DNA of 64,000 bases from Microcoleus sp. Its GTDB lineage: Bacteria; Cyanobacteriota; Cyanobacteriia; Cyanobacteriales; Microcoleaceae. The notes beneath the pieces are model-generated. The model did not search any database. It saw nothing but the letters and a program-made list of their open reading frames with translations, and was not told the DNA's origin. The stretch covers positions 6,112,001-6,176,000 of the forward strand of contig CP181291.1 in the NCBI GenBank assembly GCA_052279835.1, read 5' to 3'. The position numbers were made by a program, and so were the translations under genes. Of the stretch, positions 41,836 to 51,423 are shown one piece after another; the first letter of the stretch is position 1; the number at the start of each line of letters is the position of its first letter.

Positions 41836-43233
41836 TTAAGCTACTGAGGAGAATTTTACTTGAAAACAGCTACCTACTCCTAGCTGACTGGTAACGCTAA
41901 TTTCTCCTCGGTGGCTTTGGACAATTGCTTGGGCGATCGCCAATCCCATCCCCAAACCCCCTGCACGGCGATTTCTCGCTCGATCGGCTCTCCAAAATCT
42001 GTCGAAAACTAACTTGACATCTTCTGGAGCAATGCCGATGCCAGTATCCTCTACACTCACAATTGTCGATCGGTTCTGTCTGCTCAGAGAAACAGTCACA
42101 ATTCCGCCCGCTGGTGTGTAATGAATTGCGTTTCCAATCAAGTTGGAAAACAAACGAGTTAGCTGTGCAGCATCTCCCATTACAGACGTATTAATGGCTA
42201 AATTTGACTTGAGAATAATTTGCTTTTCTTGAGCTTGCAGTTCCCACAAATCTAGCAAATCCTCTAATAATTCGTCTAACGGAACCGCTATCCACTCGCG
42301 GGCGATGGTGGCTGCGGGTGCATCCATTCTAGTTAATAAAAGTAAGTCTTCAACTAACTGAGTCATCTGTTTAGTAGCAGAGGCGATCGCCGCCATTTTC
42401 TTAACATCCGCTGCATGAATTCTCTCAGGATGACTCTGTAGCACCTCCACTGAAGTTTTAATCGCCGTCAGCGGACTTCTCAACTCGTGAGAAGCATCAG
42501 CAGTGAATTGTTTTAACTGCTGAAAACTATCCTCAATTGGCTTGAGAGATTGCTTAGTCAGCCACAAACCACCAACCGCAGTCAAGCTCATAACAATAAT
42601 ACTCCCATAACCCAAATTCCAGCGGAGTCTGCTGAGAACTTCTTCGACTTCTTTAGTAGATTCGCTGGTGCGAATATAACCTTTTAATTCTTGTTTTTTA
42701 TCATTATAAGAAATGTAAACTGGAATTGTCGCCGACCGAATCTGCCCGTTTTGTATGGTTTGGAAACCCGATTTTATTATTACAGGCGGTAAATTCTTGC
42801 CGGAATTTCCTAACATTTTACCTGCTTCATTAAACCATTCTACAGATTGATCTGGCTCCCGCAGATTTTGCCAGGGAATGTCTAAGTCTCCGTCTTTGTC
42901 TAACTGGCGCGTTACTTTTTCGCGATCGAGTTCAATCTGAAAATCATCATTGCGCTGTTCGCTTTGTTTGTCAAATTCATCGCCTTTTTTTTCTAGATGT
43001 TCTGAAAGGTGCTGCTTTTCGATCGCAACTAAACTGTGAGAAGCTGCTTGAGCCAAAACCTCCAATCGCTGGTCTAATTCTTGATACAGACTGCTGGCAA
43101 ATAATTCATAAACAGCAATAGCAGAAGTTCCTAAAATAGCTACCATCACTGTTAAGTAAGATAGCAATAAACGCCATCCCAAAGCTTGAAATTGGGGATT
43201 AGAGGTTTTGGTTGAGCCGATAACCCATGCCAT
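41836..43233 (-). CDS. Membrane sensor histidine kinase (OmpR/PhoR class)
   Basis: Two TM helices, FTADASHELRSPL, LFSNLIGNA, DTGIG, GGLGMGL. Start uncertain; it overlaps the regulator's 3' end. Confidence 0.9.
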   Translation of the reverse strand: MAWVIGSTKTSNPQFQALGWRLLLSYLTVMVAILGTSAIAVYELFASSLYQELDQRLEVLAQAASHSLVAIEKQHLSEHLEKKGDEFDKQSEQRNDDFQIELDREKVTRQLDKDGDLDIPWQNLREPDQSVEWFNEAGKMLGNSGKNLPPVIIKSGFQTIQNGQIRSATIPVYISYNDKKQELKGYIRTSESTKEVEEVLSRLRWNLGYGSIIVMSLTAVGGLWLTKQSLKPIEDSFQQLKQFTADASHELRSPLTAIKTSVEVLQSHPERIHAADVKKMAAIASATKQMTQLVEDLLLLTRMDAPAATIAREWIAVPLDELLEDLLDLWELQAQEKQIILKSNLAINTSVMGDAAQLTRLFSNLIGNAIHYTPAGGIVTVSLSRQNRSTIVSVEDTGIGIAPEDVKLVFDRFWRADRARNRRAGGLGMGLAIAQAIVQSHRGEISVTSQLGVGSCFQVKFSSVA

Positions 43234-43876
43234 AAATAGTCTCAATAAAATTAGCTGGTGCGCCTGCTGCTTTCAGTTTTTGTCGCAAACCCCGGAGATG
43301 AACTTTTACGGTTTCTTCTCCTGGCGAGTCTTCAAAAGCCCATATATGGTCTAGGATAGCACTCCGTGTTAAAACGCGCCCTCCTGTTCGCAGGAATAAT
43401 TCTAGCAAACTGTACTCCTTTGGTGTAAAATGCAGCAAATTATCGCGATAAGTAACTTCGCAGGTATTCGGGTTTAAACGCAGATTTTCCCACTCTAATA
43501 CTGGTGGCAAAGTTGTACTTCCCCGCCGCAGTAAGGCTCTAATTCTTGCTGCTAATTCTGGCAAATCAAAGGGTTTAACGACATAATCATCTGCTCCGGC
43601 ATCTAGTCCTATGACTTTATCATTGCTGGTGTCTCTGGCTGTTAGCATGAGCACGGGGGTTTTTAAACCTTGTCGGCGCAAGCGCTGACATAGGGTAATT
43701 CCATCTATTTTTGGCAGCATCACATCTAGCAGAATTAAGTCATAGGTAAAAGTTTCTGCAAAGTTCCAACCTTCTTGACCGTCGGCGGCTATATCTACGG
43801 CATAATGTTGGTCGGTGAGGGCTTCTGCTAATGCTTGGGCAATGCGATCGTCGTCTTCTACTAACAGAATCTTCAT
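43199..43876 (-). CDS. OmpR-family DNA-binding response regulator
   Basis: ILLVEDD, LLDVMLP, GADDYVVKPF, winged helix TVKVHLRGLRQKL, IETIYGMGY. Confidence 0.93.
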   Translation of the reverse strand: MKILLVEDDDRIAQALAEALTDQHYAVDIAADGQEGWNFAETFTYDLILLDVMLPKIDGITLCQRLRRQGLKTPVLMLTARDTSNDKVIGLDAGADDYVVKPFDLPELAARIRALLRRGSTTLPPVLEWENLRLNPNTCEVTYRDNLLHFTPKEYSLLELFLRTGGRVLTRSAILDHIWAFEDSPGEETVKVHLRGLRQKLKAAGAPANFIETIYGMGYRLNQNL

Positions 43877-43942
43877 AGCTCACTGCTAAAATTTTGATAT
43901 CATTCCTAATTTTTTAATCTCAAATCTAATATCTAATGCGGA

Positions 43943-44635
43943 CTAAAGACCGATCGCAGCTAATGGTTCCCAACTTGTGACATCTTCAAACAAAGATTGA
44001 TACCCCGCCACATTGGGATGCAACCCATCTGCAATTAAGCGCGATCGACACCAATCACTACCCCGATCGCACCATTTGTCAAAAATATCTAAATAGGGAA
44101 TCCCCCGCTCCAAACATGCCACTCTGGTTGCTTCTTTATATCGATACTGGTCAGCATGACTATAGTACAAACAATCCTGAAAAGGCATTTTACTTTCATC
44201 CACCGGCACCATCCCCACAAAAATCACTGGACAAAGTTGTTGTGACAAATTTAACAAGTTATCCACAACGGCTTTAAAATGATCGAAATCAGTATAGTTG
44301 CGCCCGATCGCAGATTGTACTCTCGCCGAATCATTCAGCCCTACCGAAAGAATCATCGCATCCGGGACGCGGTTTCTGAGCTCACCACGGTGACGAAACT
44401 CATTCTCTAGCCGCTGGGCGACTTGATAAGCGCGATCGCCCCTAACCCCCAAATTATAAAGAACGTGCCCAGGAATCTCCGATAACATCCATTGTCGCCG
44501 CAGTCGTTCCACCCAGCCCCCACCCACATTGTCGCCAAAACCGTAGATTAAACTGTCCCCAAACGCCACCAATTTTAGAGGATGAGAAGTTATCGGACGC
44601 AAGTGACTAAATGAATGGGCTGTGGCTACCTGCAT
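43943..44635 (-). CDS. GDSL/SGNH hydrolase
   Basis: FGDSLIYG, NLGVRGD, GLND, DGLHPN. Confidence 0.9.
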   Translation of the reverse strand: MQVATAHSFSHLRPITSHPLKLVAFGDSLIYGFGDNVGGGWVERLRRQWMLSEIPGHVLYNLGVRGDRAYQVAQRLENEFRHRGELRNRVPDAMILSVGLNDSARVQSAIGRNYTDFDHFKAVVDNLLNLSQQLCPVIFVGMVPVDESKMPFQDCLYYSHADQYRYKEATRVACLERGIPYLDIFDKWCDRGSDWCRSRLIADGLHPNVAGYQSLFEDVTSWEPLAAIGL

Positions 44636-44782
44636 AACAAAAAGGTACTCAATGAATAATTAACATATTGACACTATATTTCAATGCGACTCGATCGCCT
44701 TCAACCCGATCGCACCTAGACCGTGGATTTACCCGAATTTGTTGGTAAACTAGAATCTAACATCAGATAAGTAGGTAGTCTC

Positions 44783-45013
44783 ATGGCTAAGCGTCCACCC
44801 TTTGATTCAACTCAGCTAACCCGTAGAGCAGAAGAGTTGATCAGTGCTGCATCCAACCGTTATCGGATTACGGTGCAGGTAGCGAACCGCGCCAAACGTC
44901 GTCGCTATGAAGATTTTGACAACAATGACGACCATCAAATGAAACCAGTGATGCGGGCTATATTTGAAATGTCTGACGAATTGACACAGCCGGAAATTAT
45001 CGGAGACATCTAG
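44783..45013 (+). CDS. rpoZ: RNA polymerase omega subunit
   Basis: [18 protein letters not shown]...[14 protein letters not shown]. Confidence 0.92.
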   Translation: MAKRPPFDSTQLTRRAEELISAASNRYRITVQVANRAKRRRYEDFDNNDDHQMKPVMRAIFEMSDELTQPEIIGDI

Positions 45014-45105
45014 CTATTTGGAGAGTTTTGAGGTGCGAGCAATTATTTTGACTCAAACTCAAAACTTCCTGAAATTATTTAATATTTGAATAAATTATCA
45101 AAACC

Positions 45106-45756
45106 GTGAAGAAATTAAAGCTGACCTTGAGTTTTTTGTTAATTACTTTGAGTGTGGCTATTTTCACGCTTTTGAGTTGGATACTGGAATCGGGCCAACT
45201 CAGTTTGTCGGCTTTGGAACCATCGGCGTTACAGAATTATCCATCTATTTCTCAGGTCCAAATTGCTCAAGAAGCCTCGCCACGACAAGTGAGAGTCCAA
45301 GATGCTTGGAAATTTGTCTATCAAAGATTGCCTGATTTCCCCCTCGCCAATAATTACATTTCTAAAGAAACTGGAAAAGTAGACCCCAATAATACTTTAG
45401 TCGCACGCTTGATTCGATATCATGTGTTTGTCAAAGGACGGCCACCCAATTATCGCTTTGATTGGAAGTTGAGCTTAGCTGATTATTTGGGGGTGACTCC
45501 CGATTATTTGGTCGAAAGTGTGTATCCCGGAAACGATGTTTTGCGCTCGAATCCCTTGGAAGGCGATCGGGCTGCGATTCAAAGTTTAAATAGAAATCAG
45601 CGGGATGCTTTGGTTCAAGCTTTAGTTGATGTTTTTACAGGGGATTTGGGCTCATCAGACCCCAAAGCACCGACGGGAGGAAAACCAGAAGGGCGATCGA
45701 ACTCCCCCACCATACCTCAACCCCAGCCAGGAGACGCCAAGTTACTAGCACCTTAA
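45106..45756 (+). CDS. Conserved cyanobacterial exported hypothetical protein
   Basis: Signal-like N-terminus; VYQRLPDFPLAN, RLIRYH..VKGRPP.YRFDWKLSLADYLG. Confidence 0.7.
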   Translation: MKKLKLTLSFLLITLSVAIFTLLSWILESGQLSLSALEPSALQNYPSISQVQIAQEASPRQVRVQDAWKFVYQRLPDFPLANNYISKETGKVDPNNTLVARLIRYHVFVKGRPPNYRFDWKLSLADYLGVTPDYLVESVYPGNDVLRSNPLEGDRAAIQSLNRNQRDALVQALVDVFTGDLGSSDPKAPTGGKPEGRSNSPTIPQPQPGDAKLLAP

Positions 45757-45887
45757 AAATTTTTTTCAATGATTAGGTAGAATCATAATTATGCCCCTCT
45801 CTTCTCTTCCTCTGTGTTCTCTGCGTTCTCTGCGGTGAAATCATTCCGATACAACCCAATCAAAAATCAAAAATCAAAAATTTCTCC

Positions 45888-46256
45888 ATGGTCGATCGCG
45901 TAATTAAGACAGGTGACGGATGGCGTTTGGGATGGAACCCCAACAGCACCGAGTTTCAGGGTTTAGTGGGTGGCGATGGTTGGGCGATCGAACTCACCGA
46001 GGCTGAGTTGAACGATTTTTGCCGCCTACTAGCCCAATTAGCCGCCACCATGACTCAAATGGCCAGTGAGTTGATGGAAGAGGAAAAAATCGCGATCGAA
46101 GCCGAAAGCGATTTAGTGTGGGTGCAAGTAGAAGGCTATCCCCAAGCTTACAGCGTGCAGTTCATCCTCAGTGCTGGTAGGAGGTGTGAGGGTTTTTGGT
46201 CCCCGGCTGCGATACCTGGTTTGACCCAAGCTGCAAAAATTTTAAAAGTTTTTTGA
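45888..46256 (+). CDS. DUF1818-family protein
   Basis: GDGWRLGW, LVGGDGWAIELTEAE, RRCEGFW. Confidence 0.75.
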   Translation: MVDRVIKTGDGWRLGWNPNSTEFQGLVGGDGWAIELTEAELNDFCRLLAQLAATMTQMASELMEEEKIAIEAESDLVWVQVEGYPQAYSVQFILSAGRRCEGFWSPAAIPGLTQAAKILKVF

Positions 46257-46303
46257 TTTTTTTTGACTTTTTTCTGAATTTGATGATATGCTGTTAAAGC
46301 TGT

Positions 46304-46377
46304 CGGGACGTAGCGCAGCTTGGTAGCGCACTACTTTGGGGTAGTAGGGGTCGCAGGTTCAAATCCTGTCGTTCCGA
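46304..46377 (+). tRNA. trnP: tRNA-Pro (anticodon GGG)
   Basis: Cloverleaf: acceptor CGGGACG/CGTTCCG, anticodon arm CTACT-TTGGGGT-AGTAG, T-arm GCAGGTTCAAATCCTGT; CCA not encoded. Confidence 0.97.
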
Positions 46378-46379
46378 TT

Positions 46380-46415
46380 GGCGAAACTCTCATATAAAGG
46401 GAGTTTCGCCTTTTT
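46380..46415 (+). terminator. Rho-independent terminator after the tRNA
   Basis: GGCGAAACTC...GAGTTTCGCC followed by a T-run. Confidence 0.8.
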
Positions 46416-46419
46416 GATG

Positions 46420-47202
46420 TCATAGTGGCTTCCTTGCGGTGAGTGTTTCATTCACCCAAGCCAGATCCGATTCTGACAAAGCGGGGATTGGGGGGCGACT
46501 GTAATCAATCCTTAAGTCATAGCTTCCCCGATCGTACATCTCGTCTAGCAATAACTTTAGATCGATCGTTGGTTCTGGTTCACTAGCTTTTAACGGTACT
46601 GAAAATTCAGGAATTCTATCTTGCAAATTAAAGCTATAAAGTTGAGCCTTGGGACGAGTTTCGCTATGGCTGACTACGATCCGATAGTGACTTTGCTCAA
46701 AATCTCCGACCATTTCCATCGAATTCCCCTGGCGCAACAAATCGATTTCCACAAAATGAGTCGCGCTAGCCAAAATCTTTAACCGCTTTGTTTCGTATTG
46801 CAACCGCCCGATTCCTACCTGTTTGTTTTTTGGAGAAAGCACCTCAATGATGGTCACAACTTCCTCGGTTTCCACGGCATGAATTTCTAGGTATGCTTCT
46901 GTCAAAATATCGGGTATTGGTAGCAACACCTCTGTAGGCTGGGTTTTTAGAGTAACTGCGAGATTGGATGGCTGCTCGCGCGCACTCGTTCGCGAACTTT
47001 GCACTGAGACATCCGGTACACCCACCAGCAAAGTCATATCTCCGTTCACCTCATACACACGTTCCTCGATCGCGACAATGTACTTCGGGCGAAGCTTAGG
47101 ACCGAGGTCATTGGCGATCGCGGTAATTAGTCGATGGTGAATTCCCGCCCAAAGGGAAGGATGCTCTAGATAAGGATTCATACCGAGAAAGGGAGAAGGC
47201 AT
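46420..47202 (-). CDS. DUF4058-family protein (PD-(D/E)xK-like)
   Basis: MPSPFLGMNPYLE, PDV, IEVLSPKNK, VEIDLLR, IDYSRPP. Confidence 0.85.
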   Translation of the reverse strand: MPSPFLGMNPYLEHPSLWAGIHHRLITAIANDLGPKLRPKYIVAIEERVYEVNGDMTLLVGVPDVSVQSSRTSAREQPSNLAVTLKTQPTEVLLPIPDILTEAYLEIHAVETEEVVTIIEVLSPKNKQVGIGRLQYETKRLKILASATHFVEIDLLRQGNSMEMVGDFEQSHYRIVVSHSETRPKAQLYSFNLQDRIPEFSVPLKASEPEPTIDLKLLLDEMYDRGSYDLRIDYSRPPIPALSESDLAWVNETLTARKPL

Positions 47203-47498
47203 TTCTGGACACTCCGATCTAAAGACAGGATAATATAGCCTTTCGATCTCTCATAGGAGGTACGATCGAGAATTGGTAATTGGTAATAGGTAATTAGTAA
47301 TGCCCTATGCCCCATGCCCCATTACCCATTACCTAGTACCCACCTAACTGAGAAAGGCTATAATTTGCTTAATTCTAACAAACGCTTACAGTATTATTCA
47401 TCTCTCTTATCTCCCTCTGTGTTCTCTGCCTTCTAGTAAGGTTAAATCATTCTGATCCAACGGTCAACGATATTATTTTTAATTAATCCAAAATAAAA

Positions 47499-47558
47499 TG
47501 ACGCCCGCAAAAGTTTCCCCTAAGTACAAAAGCACTTCTAGAAAACCTGCGGGCGTCA
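47499..47558 (-). terminator. Stem-loop downstream of petD
   Basis: TGACGCCCGCA (47499-47509)/TGCGGGCGTCA (47548-47558), with a T-rich tail on the minus strand. Confidence 0.55.
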
Positions 47559-47578
47559 AAATCAACCAAGCTTAAATC

Positions 47579-48061
47579 TTAGAACAGACCAAGAGTGAAA
47601 GATTTGTCGATCGGGAAAACAGCGCCAATACCCAACCACAGAGTGATTGCTGTTCCCAATAGGAAAACAGTAGTAGCCACAGGGCGGCGGAACGGATTTT
47701 GAAACTTGTTAACGCCCTCGATGAACGGAATCAAAATCAGACCCACGGGAACGCCAGCCATGCAAGCAATACCCAACAATTTGTTAGGCAAAACGCGCAG
47801 GAGTTGGAACACTGGCCACAAATACCATTCCGGCAGAATTTCTAGCGGAGTAGCAAAAGGATTAGCAGGTTCCCCAACTAAAGCCGGGTCGAGCACAGCC
47901 AAACCGACGCACAAAGAAATTGTTCCCATGATTACTACAGGGAAAACATAGAGCAAGTCATTGGGCCAGGCTGGTTCGCCGTAATAGTTGTGGCCCATGC
48001 CCTTGGCGAGTTTAGCGCGGAGCGCTGGATCGCTCAAATCCGGTTTTTTGAGAATAGACAT
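47579..48061 (-). CDS. petD: Cytochrome b6f subunit IV
   Basis: [27 protein letters not shown]. Confidence 0.99.
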   Translation of the reverse strand: MSILKKPDLSDPALRAKLAKGMGHNYYGEPAWPNDLLYVFPVVIMGTISLCVGLAVLDPALVGEPANPFATPLEILPEWYLWPVFQLLRVLPNKLLGIACMAGVPVGLILIPFIEGVNKFQNPFRRPVATTVFLLGTAITLWLGIGAVFPIDKSFTLGLF

Positions 48062-48181
48062 AACTACAGTGTTCTCCTTTTGGTTGTTGGCTGTAAATAA
48101 ATATGATGAGCGATGAATTCTGAATTTTCAACTCAAAACTTAGCAAGGGGCAAAAAAAATATTGCCCCTACAACTCAAAAC

Positions 48182-48850
48182 TTACAACGGGCCTGAGATT
48201 CCTTGCTTGCGAATCATCAAGAAGTGGGCCAGCATGAATACTGCAATCAGCCAAGGCAACACAAATGTGTGCAAGCTGTAATAGCGGCTTAATGTGCCTT
48301 GACCGACGCTGACGCCGCCACGGAGTAACTCAACCAGTAAAGAACCCACAAAGGGGATGGCTTCGGGAACGCCGGAAACGATTTTGACGGCCCAGTAACC
48401 AATTTGATCCCAAGGTAGCGAATAGCCAGTCACGCCGAAGGAGACGGTGATGACTGCCAAAATGACTCCTGTAACCCAGGTGAGTTCGCGGGGTTTTTTG
48501 AAGCCACCGGTCAGGTAAACGCGGAAGGTGTGGAGAATCATCATCAGCACCATCATGCTGGCGGACCAGCGATGGATGGAACGAATCAGCCAACCAAAGC
48601 TGACTTCATTCATGATGTATTGGACGGATGAAAAAGCTTCTGCTACCGTGGGACGGTAATAGAACGTCATGGCGAAGCCGGTGGCAAACTGGATGATGAA
48701 ACAAACCAGAGTGATTCCGCCCAAGCAGTAGAAGATATTGACGTGGGGGGGTACGTACTTGGTTGTGATGTCGTCGGCGAGCGCTTGAATTTCCAGGCGT
48801 TCGTCAAACCACTGGTAGGTTTTTGATTCGGTGATTTGTTTAGAAAACAT
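48182..48850 (-). CDS. petB: Cytochrome b6
   Basis: [40 protein letters not shown]. Confidence 0.99.
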   Translation of the reverse strand: MFSKQITESKTYQWFDERLEIQALADDITTKYVPPHVNIFYCLGGITLVCFIIQFATGFAMTFYYRPTVAEAFSSVQYIMNEVSFGWLIRSIHRWSASMMVLMMILHTFRVYLTGGFKKPRELTWVTGVILAVITVSFGVTGYSLPWDQIGYWAVKIVSGVPEAIPFVGSLLVELLRGGVSVGQGTLSRYYSLHTFVLPWLIAVFMLAHFLMIRKQGISGPL

Positions 48851-49552
48851 GGAGCCAGAATTCCTAAAAGAATATTGCTGTGGTTGAGATTAAGGGCAGC
48901 AGCCACAAGGATTTTTGTCGCCCCGCGATCGCCAGTAAGCTTTTACTAGCAACTGACTTTGGCTATTTTTAAATTGGGAGCTGACTGAGGCACTCGATGG
49001 TGCGGTCGCTGTTAGCGCTGGGAAACGGAGCCCTAGCTTGCTCCCCTTTGCTGGCGTTGCCCGATCGAATTCCTGACTATGATAAAAAATGTAACATAAT
49101 AGCCGTGCAGATTTCACGGAGCGATCGCTTTTGCTTGGGTCTCAAACACCATTTTTCCGAAGCTCCATATCTGCCCCAAGCTGGCATATCGCCATGAGCC
49201 TAGCTACACACTAGAATCTGATGCAGTGAGCGGACTCAGGTTTCTAAATTTTCATATTTTTGATAAAACTTCACTTAATCTGACTTAAATGTCAACTTTA
49301 ACTAATTTTTGGGGCGGGACTGCCACAGGCCTGATGCTGTTTAGGACTTTGGCCAAAACCAGTTTGGTTCAGGTAATTAGCTGATTTGAGATTAAGGAAG
49401 AGAACGACAAACCGGCTTGTTTTCGGTTGAGAGCTTCCTGGACTGGCTGGATGACTTTTGCCTTCGGAGAGTTGAAGTTGAATGTGCAAAAGCTCAAAAA
49501 CGTACAAACTTAAAATACAACAGATACCAATCTACTCATATTTTACGGAACA

Positions 49553-50794
49553 ATGATGCACAGACGAGTTTTCCAGATCGCAATTTTACTTGTCCTCCAA
49601 TGGGTTATGGTTTTGGGTTCTTGGGCCGAGCCGGCGATGGCGCTGACTGATGAACAGAAGCTATTGAACGAAGCTTGGCGAATTGTCAACCGCTCTTATG
49701 TGGACGATACCTTCAATCATCGCAACTGGAGGTCGATTCGCGAACAGACTATCAAGGCCCCTCTGAGCGATCGAGAACAAACCTATACAGCGATTCAGGA
49801 GATGCTGGCTAATCTCGATGACCCCTTCACTCGACTGCTGAAACCAGAACAGTACCGCAGTTTGCAGGTCAATACTTCTGGGGAACTGACTGGTGTGGGG
49901 CTACAAATTGCGATCGACCCCCAGACTAACACCCTGACAGTGATTGCTCCGATTTCCGGTTCACCAGCCGATAAAGCTGGTATCCAACCCCTCGATCGCA
50001 TTTTGAAAATTGACGGCACTCCCACCTCAGAATTGAGTCTAGACGAAGCCGCCACTAAAATGCGCGGCCGCGCCGGCACTGCTGTCACCCTCACCTTGGG
50101 GCGCGAAGGTAGGGAATCTCCACAGGATATTGAGTTAGTGCGCGATCGCATTGCTCTCAATCCGGTATATGCCGAATTGCAGTCTGGGCCGGAAAATTTA
50201 CCCGTGGGCTACATTCGCCTCAGTCAATTCAGCGCTAACGCCACTGCTGAAGTCAGTAATGCGATCGACCGACTCGAAAAACAAGGAGCCGCCGCCTACA
50301 TTCTCGACCTGCGGAACAACCCAGGGGGACTGCTACAATCCGGGATTGAAATTGCCCGGTTGTGGATCGATTCCGGCACCATTGTCTACACAGTGAATCG
50401 ACAAGGCGTTCTCGGCAGTTTTGATGCCTATGGACAGGCGCTAACAGGCGATCCCCTGATTGTTTTGGTAAACAAGGGAACTGCCAGTGCTAGCGAAATT
50501 TTGGCCGGTGCGCTGCAAGATAATGGCAGAGCTCAACTGGTGGGAGAAAAGACCTTTGGTAAAGGGCTGATTCAGTCCCTGTTTGATTTGTCAGATGGTT
50601 CGGGATTGGCTGTGACTGTGGCGAAATACGAGACGCCCAATCACACGGATATTCACAAAATGGGGATTGCGCCCGATCAGGTAGTACCTAGCGAGTCGAT
50701 GACGCGGGATCAAATTGGCACTGAGAGCGACTTGCAATATCAAGCTGCACTCCAACTGCTGAAGCAAAAAACCGTCATGGCGAAGTCAGCTTGA
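49553..50794 (+). CDS. ctpA: Carboxyl-terminal processing protease (S41, PDZ)
   Basis: LDDPFT, GVGLQI, DLRNNPGG, TASASEI, TFGKG; divergent from petB. Confidence 0.92.
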   Translation: MMHRRVFQIAILLVLQWVMVLGSWAEPAMALTDEQKLLNEAWRIVNRSYVDDTFNHRNWRSIREQTIKAPLSDREQTYTAIQEMLANLDDPFTRLLKPEQYRSLQVNTSGELTGVGLQIAIDPQTNTLTVIAPISGSPADKAGIQPLDRILKIDGTPTSELSLDEAATKMRGRAGTAVTLTLGREGRESPQDIELVRDRIALNPVYAELQSGPENLPVGYIRLSQFSANATAEVSNAIDRLEKQGAAAYILDLRNNPGGLLQSGIEIARLWIDSGTIVYTVNRQGVLGSFDAYGQALTGDPLIVLVNKGTASASEILAGALQDNGRAQLVGEKTFGKGLIQSLFDLSDGSGLAVTVAKYETPNHTDIHKMGIAPDQVVPSESMTRDQIGTESDLQYQAALQLLKQKTVMAKSA

Positions 50795-50997
50795 AACCCA
50801 AGTTTTAAGTTTTGAGATAGTTTCACTCTTGCTCATCCCAAGACTTACTCGCCTTTGAGTTGTTCGACGGACTGTCAACCGTCAACAATCTTGTCAAGTG
50901 CAACCGGAATCGAAATCTAGCAAGCAGACGGTTAACTCATTCTCGATCGCTAAAGATATTTTTGTTACCTTCTTGCTTCTGCCCTCGGACTTCTTCC

Positions 50998-51411
50998 TTA
51001 AGGTTGTTGAGTTGACTCCTCGGCGTCAGGCACCTCCGATTCCTGCAAAATGACTGGTTGCTGCTGGGGGTCAACCCGATTGCTTTGCTCTTGCATCACT
51101 GTTTTAGCCAGACTGGGATCGAAGTAGCGATTAAAGTCCGATCGCGACTGATTCACTCTCTTTTCGGTAATATTGACTTCAGCTTGGATTTCCTGCAATT
51201 TTTCTTGTACTGCCCGGTAGTGAGGCCAAAGCTGAATCAAAGCAGAAGTTGCACACACTGAAAGTACGATGTTGACTGCTAACTTCACTCCTGCTTCCGC
51301 CGCGAGGGTTTGGTGAGGGTAAGAACGCGGGCGGCTGCTGGTACCTGCTGCAACGCGAGAGGAGTTTTTGACAGGACGTAGTGGGGTAACGGTAGGTTTA
51401 ATCGCTTGCAT
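50998..51411 (-). CDS. Conserved cyanobacterial TM + coiled-coil protein (Slr1601-like)
   Basis: KLAVNIVLS...LIQLWP, coiled coil, FNRYFDP...MQEQSNRVDP. ATG at 51411; the ORF-track extension runs into the IS end. Confidence 0.65.
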   Translation of the reverse strand: MQAIKPTVTPLRPVKNSSRVAAGTSSRPRSYPHQTLAAEAGVKLAVNIVLSVCATSALIQLWPHYRAVQEKLQEIQAEVNITEKRVNQSRSDFNRYFDPSLAKTVMQEQSNRVDPQQQPVILQESEVPDAEESTQQP

Positions 51412-51423
51412 AATTTTGTTTAC

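Noticed and set aside
46304..47202. tRNA-Pro as an integration site
   Set aside because: No integrase and no duplicated tRNA 3' end seen in the window
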